A program made the position numbers and the translations under genes. The notes below the pieces were generated by a model. It searched no databases. It worked only from the letters and a program-made list of their open reading frames with translations, and was not told where the DNA came from. A DNA stretch of 38,739 nt from Paraglomus brasilianum (Eukaryota): the NCBI GenBank assembly GCA_910592345.1, contig CAJVPI010000253.1, positions 1-38,739 on the forward strand. The letters run 5' to 3'. This document shows positions 11,883-24,300 of the stretch, piece after piece; the stretch's first letter is position 1, and each line of letters begins with the position of its first letter.

Positions 11883-12458
11883 TGATAATCTATTTCTAGC
11901 GTGGAAATTTTTTCTGTACTACATGTCCAACTCTTATGATTCACAAACTTCCGAGTTTACCTTAATTAAACTTAATATGTGTATCAATATACTGCCAAAT
12001 CCGATCTATTGATAATCTGTACTACAACTTGATACGGAAAAAAAGGGTTGTTTTTGGTCTTTGAGAAAAAAAGTCAATTGTAAGATTTCACGCCTTGATA
12101 AAAGGTTATTTCTTCAACCATTTGATGGTTTAAGTTAAGCCTTTACAAAGCTATCTGCTTTGCGGAGCTTTATATTCATATTTTTGTACACGGCATAATG
12201 ACAGAACGTTATTATTATGCACCGCGCCAACTGCAATTGTGTCTAAGATGCTAGAACCGAATCCTTTGGCCAATAAACGATAGCTTGCAAATATTTTTTT
12301 AAAATAATATTACATAATAGCGCATTTTGTGGTTTATGCTAAGAAGTTTATCAACAGAAAAACAAAGCAAGTCAACTTTATTGTTATTGGATATCGCTTG
12401 CATAAAAACAATTGCAGATAATTTTCCTTGGTAATAAAGCTATCTATATAGGTAAAAG

Positions 12459-12591
12459 GGAATTTACCTGCCAGGTCGTACAGGCTCAAACATTATCCCT
12501 TCATTGGACACTCAGATTGCTTCTCCTCCATAAATAGAAATATCATGGTCTGTACGACGTGTCGGGTTGTGCGACCTGGCAGGTAAATTCC
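12459..12591. mobile_element. MITE-like element, copy 2 (same orientation)
   Basis: Same TIRs and internal sequence (ttggacactcagat...cctccataaatagaaatat) as 11744-11882, with small indels. Confidence 0.8.
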
Positions 12592-12807
12592 TGATAATGT
12601 AAAAGATTATCTTCTGACCATCTGTGTAAATGCATAAAGGCATTGATGCATACCATTTTAATGGGACTAAGTATTACAAACAAACATAGGGCAAGCCCCT
12701 TAGAATCGAGTACAACTTTATTGCAAGACGGGCAAGCCCCTTAGAAGATTACATATAAACTAGACAAGAAAATAGTGAGATATCAGATATTATAGACTAT
12801 ATAATTA

Positions 12808-13226
12808 CTAATCGCGCTTCTTTGCTTTCACCACATATATAGTCGTTTTATCATGTGCTTTAGCACTAGCTCTGCTATTGGAACCAGGTTCATCATTGGA
12901 TTCAGATTCCATCCAGAACTCCTCATCCGAGGAATAATTATGGATGGCTTTTTTCTTTTTTATTGCAGAGCAGGCCGTTAGGCGGTTCAAAGAATCATGG
13001 CTCTTCGAATATACAGATATGTCATTATCATGTCGTTTTTTGGGAATATCTGGGTTTGCTATCGAGTTAATGATTTCCTGCCCTGCCGAATCTCAGGTTT
13101 TACTATCTTCAATAATTGGCGGAGAGAAATCGAAATCTTTCTACGTGATATTTGTTTAACGAATTTAGATACTATTTTCGGGATATTATTGCCAGAGGTA
13201 ACTGTTTCACAACCATTTTTAACCAT
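12808..13226 (-). pseudogene. Degenerate repeat-derived ORF, possibly from a Ty3/gypsy gag region
   Basis: MVKNG...ISISLRQLLKIVKPEIRQ | frameshift at cggcagggcagg | QEIINSIANPD...SSDEEFWMESES...IYVVKAKKRD*. Family assignment is by resemblance only. Confidence 0.4.
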
Positions 13227-13441
13227 TGGATTTAACTTAGTTTTTATTAATACGCCACAAAAAATATAATATTAAATATATTAATATATTTTTGAAAATA
13301 AACAATGCGAGGATCTTATTCAGAATATGGGTTAAGGGATACTATTAATTGGTTGGGGCCATATCCAAGCTCTCCAGTTTCTGAACCTGCAATGTCCCTG
13401 CTCCCACTCAATGTGATTCATCTATTGATGAATATTTTGAA

Positions 13442-13650
13442 ATGATAAAGACATATGAAACAGGAGGGAGATTCGATAATGAAATATTACATGAAAGTAA
13501 AAAATATGGTAAATTAGCTGGATATAATGAAGAACATCTTAAACATCAATTCCTTCGTGGGTTAGATTCGGAAAACCAAGTGAAAGCTAGAATATGCGGA
13601 TTAGATCTGTCATTAGAAGAGTTGATAGGGAGATTGAGTATAATTAAGGA
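13442..13650 (+). pseudogene. gag capsid-CTD-like fragment truncated by a pogo insertion
   Basis: KKYGKLAGYNEEHLKHQFLRGLDSENQVKARICGLDLSLEELIGRLSII resembles the retrotransposon gag F-x-x-G-L region. The frame runs directly into the TA/TIR at 13651. Confidence 0.55.
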
Positions 13651-13652
13651 TA

Positions 13653-14478
13653 CAGTCAACTCTGTCTATACCAGCATTGTCTATACCGGTTTTGCCTTTA
13701 TACCGGTCCAATTTCGCTGAACCAAAAAATTCCATATTAATCTCACGGCAGATCTTAATAACTCTGTTTATACCAGCTTCGGCACAAGTTACACAGAATC
13801 ATGTAGACCAGTTTACTTTAAATTATATAAAAAGATTTACTTTATACCGGCGAAGTCAAGTGATTATGTAATATAATTGTCATGGTTGATGCTGAAATCT
13901 GGCTAAAGCTGAAACCGGGACCTTTCATTGGTTGATCAGATTTTATTATCTAACCCCATAAATTACTAATAAATGCAGCCAACCCTTTAATTATTACCAT
14001 GCCACGCAAGAGAATCTCTGCCAAAAATTTTAATACAGACAGAGAGACACCTAAACGCATTAGAACTTCATTAACAGGGTTGCAGAAAAAAGAAATTTGT
14101 CAAATTAATCTAAAAAATCCTTCCTTTGCTAATGCAGAAATCGCTGAATTGTTTGGTTGCGGTACTTATACTAGCACCGTTGGTGATGTTATCCGTGAAA
14201 GCGGAAAGTGGCTTGCAATAAATGAAGACGATCATGCTGCTCAACTTCGCAAGAATCGACAACCAAAATGGCCTGCACTTGAACAAGCGATGACTGCATG
14301 ATTAGAAAAAAGAAAAGATAAATTATTTGAAACTCAATAATAATAATAACGTACAATTATTAATTATTGGTTGCACGATTTCCTCTTGTGTAACAGTTTT
14401 CTATACCGGTCTCTCGTTATTATTATAACGGCCGAAACTGCCAAAACATACTCGTGCCGGTATAGGCAGAGTTGACTG
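13653..14478 (+). mobile_element. Internally deleted pogo/Tigger DNA transposon, family C
   Basis: 24-bp TIRs CAGTCAACTCTGTCTATACCAGCA / TGCCGGTATAGGCAGAGTTGACTG (22/24), TA at 13651-13652 and 14479-14480, repeated TATACCGG subterminal sites. Confidence 0.92.
13999..14301 (+). pseudogene. Truncated pogo transposase, CENP-B-type N-terminal HTH DNA-binding region only
   Basis: RTSLTGLQKKEICQ...NAEIAELFGC...STVGDVIR...KWPALEQAMTA*LE. The stop falls where the conserved Trp of the second HTH is expected; no DDD catalytic domain. Confidence 0.85.
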
Positions 14479-14538
14479 TATATAATTCCGGGAATTACAT
14501 AGCAGATAGTGACGCAAATTATATACAACATATACATC

Positions 14539-14561
14539 GCCGGTATAAACAGAGTTGACTA
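14539..14561. repeat. Orphan second right-hand TIR of pogo family C
   Basis: gccggtataaacagagttgacta closely matches the right TIR at 14455-14478. Confidence 0.75.
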
Positions 14562-14839
14562 TCTTCGCTTCTTGTCCGTCGATACTCCCGTGGCATTACG
14601 ATAAATATTTGTTTAGCTAGAAACGCGTGCAGACCTGTGGTTTGTATTATACACAATCGCAGCCACGGATCTGCTGATAATTTAATATTTTAGAACGGTC
14701 GAAGTGCGATTTCGGTTATTCCTACTTGTTACCACAAACAGCGAGATATGGAGCTTCAGAAGGTTGTCAACAAGATCGTAGAAGCAAACCCAAACGTAAG
14801 CTGTCCAGTACAAGCTTGTTTCTCTGAACTTGCAAAACT

Positions 14840-15032
14840 GTTAAGCGCAATGGCAGCACAGTCGGTGCTTCTCAATCCGAAGAGAGGTTTACATTGCCAT
14901 AACCCATCGCGTAAGGCTTCGGTCGCACAGTTTGCAAGGGTTGGTTAAGCGCATTGGTAGCACAGTCGGTGCTTCTCAATCCCAAAGAGAGGTTTACACT
15001 GCCATAACCCATTGCGTAAGGCTTCGGTCGCA
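14840..15032. repeat. Near-tandem duplication of an ~88-bp unit
   Basis: gttaagcgca...gcttcggtcgca at 14840-14927 and 14944-15032; several of the differences are C/T. Confidence 0.9.
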
Positions 15033-17529
15033 TCAACTTTCCTCAGAGTGCAAACTTCCGCCACTATCATGTCATGTTCTGCTGTATGAAACGCTCTGCT
15101 AAGTAATCTTTTTGCTCTTTTATTACATACATCCCAAGCTTTCCTGTCAGATCCGTTTGAAGTCCCTGAAGGGGCGGAAATGGACAGCAGACAGAACTTG
15201 GCGCAAGTGGCTAGAGCTATAGGAAGTACTTCGAATAATTGTGATCTTATCTTTGCAGGTTCCAATAGATAAATAATTTGAAACGACAATGATTCAATAT
15301 ACTGTATCGGCAAAGTGCTGATGGATTTCTAAATTCCTTTTCAAATTTTCAAATGTTTATAACAATTTTTTTAATGCTCTATAATGATAATCAAATAGTG
15401 TCAACAAAGTCATTAATGTCCCTGGCAACGTCTTGTTCATCGATAATGTTGAGCGAGGCTGGATTGTCATTAAAGTGTCACCGTTCTAGAAGCCACGTTT
15501 ATAAATCGAGTCCGATTCAATTAATATTTTAATGTTTTAAATTGTGTAATTATTTATTCGTTGTAAACTGGGATTGAGCACGATATATAGAGCCCATTAA
15601 TGAGCGTCTCGTCCGTGATGGTAACACCACTAATAAAAACCGGATGAAAGCTGACATGGTTGGCGTTCGGCTTTGTGACAACCGGTAAATAGTGTTTTTA
15701 GAAATGAGTACGGCACACGGACTTTCTACAACCACGGACGATTCAGGGACGAATTGATGCGGTCAATTCGTTACTATTGAATTTTTTTAGATTATGATGT
15801 GCGATATGCAGGGAGATCCGTTTCTGACCATTCAAGGAATAAGCGAGTATAATCTTTAGTTGATAATTATTCAGATAATGGCAAGATTCAACTTTGTACT
15901 TCTAGGAGATCGGCTTACACTACGATCAATTTTTTTAAGAGGGAAGGAGGATTACGTTGACTTTATCGGCAGTATTCCCACTTAGTTGGGAGTTCCGCTT
16001 CGCATTGGGACGAAAGTTTGTCACTTATAAATAGACTTAGATTGTTCCCAATTTTTTAAGTACACATATCTTTTCCCATATATCGAAATCCTTTGTTCAG
16101 TTTAGTAAAACGATGGAAGATATATAAGCAGTCGTAGTTTTCCGCGATGAACATTATCTCAGCATTATTTGTCCTTTGGAATAGTTCTTTATATTCTAAT
16201 AAACAAAGTATTATGAATATTAAATTTATTCGAATCGGCAAATTCGAACTTGCCATCGAATTTGTAGGACTTAAGCTTCTGACTTGAATCCATCAGAAAA
16301 TATTCGATGTAGTACTCGAGGTTGGATAATAATCTAGAGCAAGCGTATAAAAGACTGGTGAGTATCTGAAAACCAAACAAAGGTTCCGCACGCACCTTAA
16401 TAGTACTGATAAATTTATTTGTAATATATATGTAATAGCTCGATTTTTCTACATGTTTATATCTTTTCTCGTTACATTTTACAATGGCATCTGCAGGATC
16501 GTAAACAACGTTATTTATAATGTTCAAATAAACACTAATATGAATCTTCGGGTCGAAAATATGGCAACAGGGGGTCTGGCAAGAATATACTTAACAGACG
16601 CGACGGTAAATTTTTAGTAAATTATAGCCTACGCCTATCTGCACTGTAAACTCACTTTTATCCTTGCTATTCTATCAATAGTACCCCTCGACAGAAGCAA
16701 TCCAATCGCTCCACTTCTGCTTGCATGGAAGTGGAGTTGGACTAGTTTTTCAATAGGATATTTAATATAATACTGGTCTTTGGAGCCAGTTTTCTCCCCC
16801 AATACTCCACACGAATTCAGTAGCTCTAATGAGTATAATAAATGCAAATGTGAAGGTGTGAACACTTCTTAGTGTGGTGATAATGCGCCGAATGCGCATG
16901 CATGTGATTGGATTTGTAGCTCAGGACAATGAGGCACTTTTTAAATGACAATATGCTGTAAAATCTATTCGCTACTTTTATAGGTTATGCGCTGTATTGC
17001 CCAGCTACAGGGCTTGACATTTAAAGATTACTATTACAAACGTTCTGCAGCGAAGATAGTAACACACGTATATTATATGATAAAAATTACAAGAAAGCTC
17101 TTCATTACTAATTATTAAATGTAGGCTGTAGTTGCCAATATGTCTAAAGAAGATTTTCCAATATTGCCAGGAACTATTTAAGCGATATTTTAACATGGAA
17201 TTTTGCGTTCTTTATTTGTTTGATATTTTAACATGGGGTATTAGTATTGTGAGAAACCACATTCTTTAGTAGTTGAGCCCCTGAAATATTTGCATGGTGT
17301 TATTATTCTGGTGGACATACCGCAAATCAGTTCAATTCACACGATCACAAGGTTAGCTCGGAGATGTTATTAATATCAATATTAACGCTGAAACTATAAT
17401 TCGTTGGGTTTGCAAATGGAGCTTTTGAGATCTCAATAGAAGCATTAGCTAGAGCAATTATTTGACAAAATTAGAAAAAGATATTCTTATCTTACCAAAG
17501 GTGAACAAGAGGGCAAAGTGCTGTCAAAA

Positions 17530-19143
17530 ATGTCGACTAAGGAATCAACAGGTGCGACAACAGCGGCAGCAACAAAAACACCAATAACAGAAACAACAAC
17601 ACCAATAACAAAAAGAGCAACAACAGCAACGGCAAAGACTACAAAAACAACAGCTTCTATAGCTGCAATCACAACAACCACAACAGCAGCAACAGCGATA
17701 ACGACAAAAATAATGGATACTTTTTCTCTAAATGAGCCTATTTCATCACAACAGACACTTAAATTAAAAATACTGAATCATTATCCTGTCCGACTTTTAA
17801 CTTTGTTCTTCCTTGGGGCTCTGACGTCGTTCATCATTGACCACTTACTTACCCAGAACCATATTACCGAGTACCCCAAGAATATAGTCAAATTGATTGA
17901 CACTGCTGCGTGGATACCACCCACGTGCGGTGCTTCAGCAGCTTTGGTTGGATCTTTATTTCCGTTGGTTGATTATTGGTATTTACGACGCCCACACGAG
18001 TTTCAGAAAGAATGGAGCGACGTTATGAGGTAATGAACACCCAATTTGCAGGTGTTAGACTGATTGGAAAGAAGGCTGGTAGTGCGCATGATTAGATAAT
18101 TATCTAATTTCGAGGCTAGATAAATAGCTTCTTTTATCTTGGGGTATAAGGGTCGATAGAACGTGATGATTATTCAGAGTCACCAGCAAACGGAAGAATT
18201 AACATGAAGCCAAATTATTATTATTATAGCTAACTCAACAATCTTCCCTCATTGGCTTTTCCTAGATGCCTCGGTGGGTTCATCGGAGTAGCATATGCGG
18301 CGACGGTACATTTGCTATTTAATCCTTTTACTCATGCGATAATCCCATTTATTCCCCAAACTGACAATACCGATCAACTTCAGAAACTCCCATGGAATGG
18401 TAATTATCAAGTATCCCTAACACTCGCGCTGATGTCGGTTGTATTGTGGTTCCTATTTGATCGAACGTGGCACGGACTTTTTATGTCTGTGTTGTTCTCT
18501 TCAATAGGGACCATGGTTATGTATTTGATGGTTTTGAATGGAGTTTATAGGTGAGTGATGTTTGATGGAAGGGTCTTATAGTTTGGGCAGGCATCTATTG
18601 AACGAAATGAATCAAGGACTATTTTATGGGTGACATATTGGGGATTAATCATGGGTAAGTGGCAAAAGGTCATGAAACGCGATTGAAAGAAAGTTGTCAA
18701 CCAAGACGACACGTTACATTTTCTTTAACTCTGTAATGCCAATTTAGTTCATCGAAGTTATTCTCGACCTTTAGTGATGCCTTATCAACTAGCTTACAAT
18801 TGCAAGGATCGTAGAGACACGACGTTCCCCGTTATTTCTATTGCATTTTTAAAGAAACGTCTCACAGATTACTATACTCGACTTGCTAACCAAAACCTCC
18901 CTATGTGCAGTTTTACACAAGCTGACTTTTTCGGAGTTAGGTCGTGGACTCCGGTATGTATGTTCGTTCCAAAACTTCTCTTTTTGTTGGTATCCAATGT
19001 ACTACACTCAATCCCGCGTGATATATGCTTTTTTCGTTTGCCATTTATTGTAGTGTATCCTGTTCTCATCTTGTGTATGTTTCGGTACCATTGGCCGACA
19101 GTTGGGAATAGTACCGAAGGAGCTATTTGAGAAGAATGAATGA
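17530..19143 (+). CDS. INSIG: Insulin-induced gene (INSIG/Nsg) family ER membrane protein (~279 aa, 5 exons)
   Basis: Exons 17530-18029, 18266-18305, 18384-18550, 18911-18953, 19054-19143. Motifs WIPPTCGASAALVG, EWSDVMRCLGGFIGVAYA, LTLA...WFLFDRT, DFFGVRSWTPCILFS...GTIGRQL. Thr/Ala-rich N-terminus; start codon is tentative. Confidence 0.93.
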
Positions 19144-19610
19144 CGAGCACGCTTAATGTGCGGAAAGAAGAGTAATGGGCTGTATAGTATAGAGTAGTAA
19201 TCAAATAATAGTGGGTACAAAAAGGATAGAAGATAGATTGGCTGCAACAAGAGTTAGAATGCGTGACGGCTTTTAGGTGAATTATATACTTTTAAGAACA
19301 ATCGTTGACCTCATTCGGAATTTATTTGTCTGAGAGAGGTAAATGTGTTTCTTCTTTCGACAAACCAAATAAATTTGTGTGCCATTAAGGTTACGAAAGT
19401 ATTCTCTAGCATTGCGTGTTTATTTCTCAGATATCTTATCGATGTGTTTGTAAATTCTTAGTCCGACTCAATAAATCCAAGCTTACCGCGTCGTGGGAAT
19501 GTTTATGCGATCTGTCGATCTCCAGTGACCCAAAACCATGGAGCATAAGACGTCAGTCAGTGATTATTCATAGCAAGGTTTCGTTTACATAGAATAGCCG
19601 TTCTCATCTT

Positions 19611-20225
19611 ATGAATTCATTATATCAGTCGCTTCTAACAGCTTTTTTTATCCTCTTGACTGCACTATGCTTCTATTTGAACCGCATACTTGTCGACAAG
19701 CGGAAATTACAGAGAACAAACGCCCTCCTAAAGAGACTATATTCTAGTAATTTAGTGTATGCGCAACTGGAACGTCAAATTCATACTCTAAAGTCTGTGA
19801 TCGAAGACTATCCGTGGATACCAGAGTCAGAAGATGGTTGCGATAACAATGGTAATAACAACTGTTTCAGTAATAACGCGCGCACGAAAACTGCCGAAAC
19901 AGTAGTGATTAAATCTGAAGAAGAACCAGACTCAACGAGAGCTGTTGAAACAAAAGTCGAAAGAATGAATGGGCAATGGGACCAAACAGATAGTATAATC
20001 ACAAGTATGGGTGGATGCACTATTACGAGCGAGAAACCCACGAAGAACGTAAACGGAATGTCGTCTATCGATGACGGTGTTGGGCTAGCGACATTACGCG
20101 AAGCATGCGAGATGCTAGTGACTGGAGAAATCATATTGAAACACTTGGAGAAACAGCAACAGGCAGCGAGAGTTGATTTATTAAAGGATGGTGTATACAC
20201 CGAATGTTCTCAGCAGGTCATTTAA
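19611..20225 (+). CDS. Hypothetical protein (204 aa), N-terminal TM helix and coiled coil
   Basis: Uninterrupted ATG-initiated ORF with a hydrophobic segment at residues ~7-23 followed by a heptad-like region; no family recognised. Confidence 0.65.
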   Translation: MNSLYQSLLTAFFILLTALCFYLNRILVDKRKLQRTNALLKRLYSSNLVYAQLERQIHTLKSVIEDYPWIPESEDGCDNNGNNNCFSNNARTKTAETVVIKSEEEPDSTRAVETKVERMNGQWDQTDSIITSMGGCTITSEKPTKNVNGMSSIDDGVGLATLREACEMLVTGEIILKHLEKQQQAARVDLLKDGVYTECSQQVI

Positions 20226-21393
20226 GCGAACATGAGAACGATCGCAAGCGGACAATTCCTATTGTAATGACTAAAGTTGTAATAGGAACATATCCAAACG
20301 TATCAATAGCATTATTTGTAAGTACAACTTAATAAAGTTGCGGTCAAAGTTCGTCTACTGTGGATAGAAATTAGTATTTTCTTTTCTCATGCCATAACTT
20401 TTGTGCTATGATATACAACAAGGTTACTTAATTGCATCGTAATCGTGACATGTATTAAAGACAACAGCACATTATCCTTTAACCTCTATACTTCTGTAAC
20501 AATTCGTCAACTGCTTTCTCGCTCGGCAGAACATTATGTTAATCACGTACAAATCTTCAAGAGACTGCCTCAACGTGATATATAAAATAATAAACTAAAC
20601 GTTTTTAGAACACGAAATGTAAATTAAACAGGTCCAAGCTAGATTTGTAATATACGTCCATAATTTGTCATCCCGCTGACTTTCAGTTCCTTTTATTTGG
20701 GGGATCACCAATGCTTCTAACCGTAACAAGAGCTCTTACTTTTTCTCGGCGCGGCATATTAGTTAAAATGTTTAGAAACCCGAGGACAATAGTTGATTAA
20801 ACGTGTTTAGCACAAAACCATTTTATTACCAAGCATGATCGAGGTTCATGTTACTTTTTAAATCCTCACCCCGATATTTATACTGCCCAGCATACAGAGG
20901 AGGACATTGAGCATGAAGAGAGATGATTTGCTTTCCAGTAATTGTGCTATTTATATTATTGTTTTCTACTACAATCTTATTCTATGACATGTATAATTTA
21001 TCCAACAATGAGAATTTATTTGGCAAGAACTTATGAGCACCTACCTCCCCTTTAACTTACCTGCCCACCAAATCTGTCAGGGGAGGTAAGCTGATGAAAA
21101 TGCGTGGGAAATAGATATTCACTTTTTGGTCAATACGGGATCGTTCTTATTGTTAGAACTGTTGGCATAATACACGTGCCTTCCATTAATTTAATACAGA
21201 TTTATTAATAAATTAGCACGAAAGAAATCAAATAATAGAATTAATTAATTAAGTGCTACTATAAATACAAACATGCAATCCCAGAAGAAATGAAGTATAC
21301 TATGTACAATATAGAGGCAAACTGCCGCGACTTCATCAATTAAACAACGAACCAGCTACATATTCAACGATTAATTCGGATTTCATTAGTTCC

Positions 21394-24300
21394 TTAATTG
21401 ACAGGTAATAACATTCTATCACTTCCATTCTTCTCATACCATCTCCTCACGTCTTCATACATCGACTCATTATCAATTTCTCCAGATTCAACGTTAGAAT
21501 CACCTATTTCCCCACCATCTTCCATTTCGTCATCGCTAGGCGCTAATTCTCCAGATCTCATTCTGAGAGTATGTAATTGTCCCATTAATCCATCTACCAC
21601 AGCCCTATCCACGTTGTCATTACGTGACGCTTCGTGTATTTCGCACTCGATCTCCCCCAAAATTTCTCCAAGTACTTGATCAGGGAACATCTGACCATAT
21701 GTAGCTCCAAAGAAATGTGACAACTTGCGTATTCCTCGCATTCGAGATTGCTTAGAGTGCAAATATCGAGATTGAAGCGGAGATTCGGAGTGAGGAGACG
21801 ATGGGGCTGAGATTGCCTGTCTGTCGAAATTTGCGGCCGAGTTTATAGCATTAGGGGACGATGTGAAATCATCTTCGTCACTTTCAGCCATGTAATCTAT
21901 TAGCTCATACACTGCCTCCTTGTCGTTGTCCATCAAATAACCCAGTGACACGATACTCAGTCTATGCATATCTAAATTAGCGCTGCTATCGTGCCCAGGA
22001 TTCGTTGTAGGGTTATGTTTAAAGAGGTTTTGTGGTGGGATTTCTCCAAAGACCTTCTCCAACTTGACTGCACGTTGCAAATGACGCTTCTTATCTGCAG
22101 CAGACAATTTATTAGGAACATTCTCTTGCAAAGGCTGATCAGCTACATTTTCCGATGAAGGATGTTTAGAACGCGAATATTGTGTCCAGCCATTTTTACG
22201 TCTTGCTTTCTGTGATGAATCTTCTTTCTCCAACTCTTCGGCCTCTCCTCCGAGAACTACATGCACAGGCACTTTCTCTCCTAGAAAGTGATACAACTTC
22301 TGCAACTTCTTCCGTCTATACTCCTTAGAATCCTTATTAACAATGATCAATGGAACCTCGGACATACTAAAGGTAGCAGAATCAATACTTCCCGATCGAG
22401 GTCTTGAGTACATGGATGGTACTGGTGGAAGAGGGGAAGGTAACAAAGATGAATTACTGGTGATTGATAATGAGGGCGAGGGCGGCATAGGATCAGACGC
22501 TCGACGAGGAATGCGGCGCACGTAAGATAAGGTGCCATCTGAATTTCGAGCAGGATAGTCGTATACAGGAAGATTGGTAGGCGAATACTGTTTCCCTCGA
22601 GGTGAGCTAGCAGAATTTATTGCTGGTAGAGTAAGCGACTGCCATACTACATTTTCATCTAGTGGCTGTCCCAAAACTACTTGGAGCTTCCTCGTCTTTT
22701 TCCATAGCATTCGTCGTTCTTTGGGACTTAACTCGTTAGGTGATTTGAGATTTCTTTCCACTTCCTGGTCGGCCGATTTCTCTTTCAACACCTTCTCTCC
22801 GTTTGCATTTCCATTTTTCTTCAAAATATTCTGGGAAATCAACTGGGAACCTCTTAGCTCTCTTCCAAAGATGGATTCCAGCTTCTCAACTTTCTTTTTC
22901 CTGTTCCATACGTCCTTTGTAGTCTTTCGAGAAGTCTCTGAAACCATTGAAACTACACTACTTCTATTGTCGTGTTCCACCAAGTCATTGTTGGGCATGA
23001 TAACAATTTGTCCGTCTAAACGAGAGACCTTCTCGCCGAATACCCATTGGAGTTTACGTTCCTTTTTAATGCGACGCATACGCTGAGCAGACGTCATGCG
23101 ATTTTCAGAGTTAAAGTAACCTTCAACGGCATGCGGTGGAACAGACGAAGCCGGTCGGTCCTGTCGTTTAGTCACATTGTTTAGGATTGTTTCAGGGAAA
23201 TATTGAGAGAGCATGGAGTGAAGCGTCTGTTCTTTGTAGTGATGAGATATAGGAGTGGCATCTAGACCATAGTCGAGTGCCATTGTAACTGCTAACATGA
23301 GCGACATATTGGGCTTGAAATATCTGTCGATCGATCCGGTCATTTCGTGGGAAGCGTAGCATTCGGGGTCTATAATGTTGAATTAAATAATAAGCAGGCC
23401 AAAAAAAATTTTTTTTATTAGTATCCACTAATAATCAACTATATCTTTTCATTATCATCATTCTCATTTGCCAACTTTCGCTATTCACTCAATACATACC
23501 TTCATTTCTGATCTTCTCACAAGTTTTCCATTCTTCACTCTCCTCAAACCTAACAAAAGTGTGCCCCTTCATCAACTGATAAACTGCTTCCTGTGCTTCA
23601 TCGAACATCCGCCTATCTACAACGCAGTCATCATCCAAAGGCCATGGTACCGCTCTCTTTATCTCATCACTAAGATTCACTTGCAATGGTGCATGCGAAT
23701 GCACGTAAGTCAGATAAATGTACTTTGCGTGTATCACTGCAGTCTGATTCTCATCAAAATAGTTATCTTCATTCGTGCCAGAGACACCAGCTGCGAAAAG
23801 CTCCACGTCAAGCCAGAATAAGAGGTTTTCGACAGAGTATTCGCGGACAGTGAATTTCTGAAAGAAAGTCATTGCAAGAGTATTGGATAGAATTGCGCGG
23901 AGACGCTGGTCGGATTGTGATAAAATTTTCTGGATTTGGTTTTGAATTAGTGGTTGTGGGTTAGCTGCTTCCCTCATGACTGTGTCTGCAGCTGCATCTT
24001 CGTGCCTAATTTGACGATTATGTTGCAGTAAAAATTGTGAAGACTGTGAATCATGTACAGACGGGATATCTTGTTCACAGCCGTAATCAGCTTGGTTATA
24101 AATGCTTTCGTCTTCCGAATCTTCCACGCTCGAATTTCGTTGGTAGTCTAATTGATGGATAAACGCAAAAAGCATGTTAATAAATGTGATGGCAAACCCG
24201 TAACAACTATATCGTTATTAGTAGCACTTGAAATAACTACTATTGAATATTATTTATTGCTAAACGACGACAACAACCCCAAATGATTATCGACCTACCT

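Noticed and set aside
14945..15313. Possible hAT dimerisation-domain resemblance (LATCAKFCLLSISAPS)
   Set aside because: Lacks the W-W and ER-x-FS hallmarks; similarity too weak.
16056..16865. Fragmented minus-strand ORFs, possibly a decayed gene
   Set aside because: Could not be joined into a consistent reading frame or assigned to a family.
17487..17681. Hydrophobic Val/Ala ORF on the minus strand
   Set aside because: Antisense shadow of the ACA-rich Thr/Ala tract of INSIG.
21042..21088. 10-bp inverted repeat tacctcccct/aggggaggta downstream of the RGS gene
   Set aside because: Single short stem; plausible by chance and no functional support.
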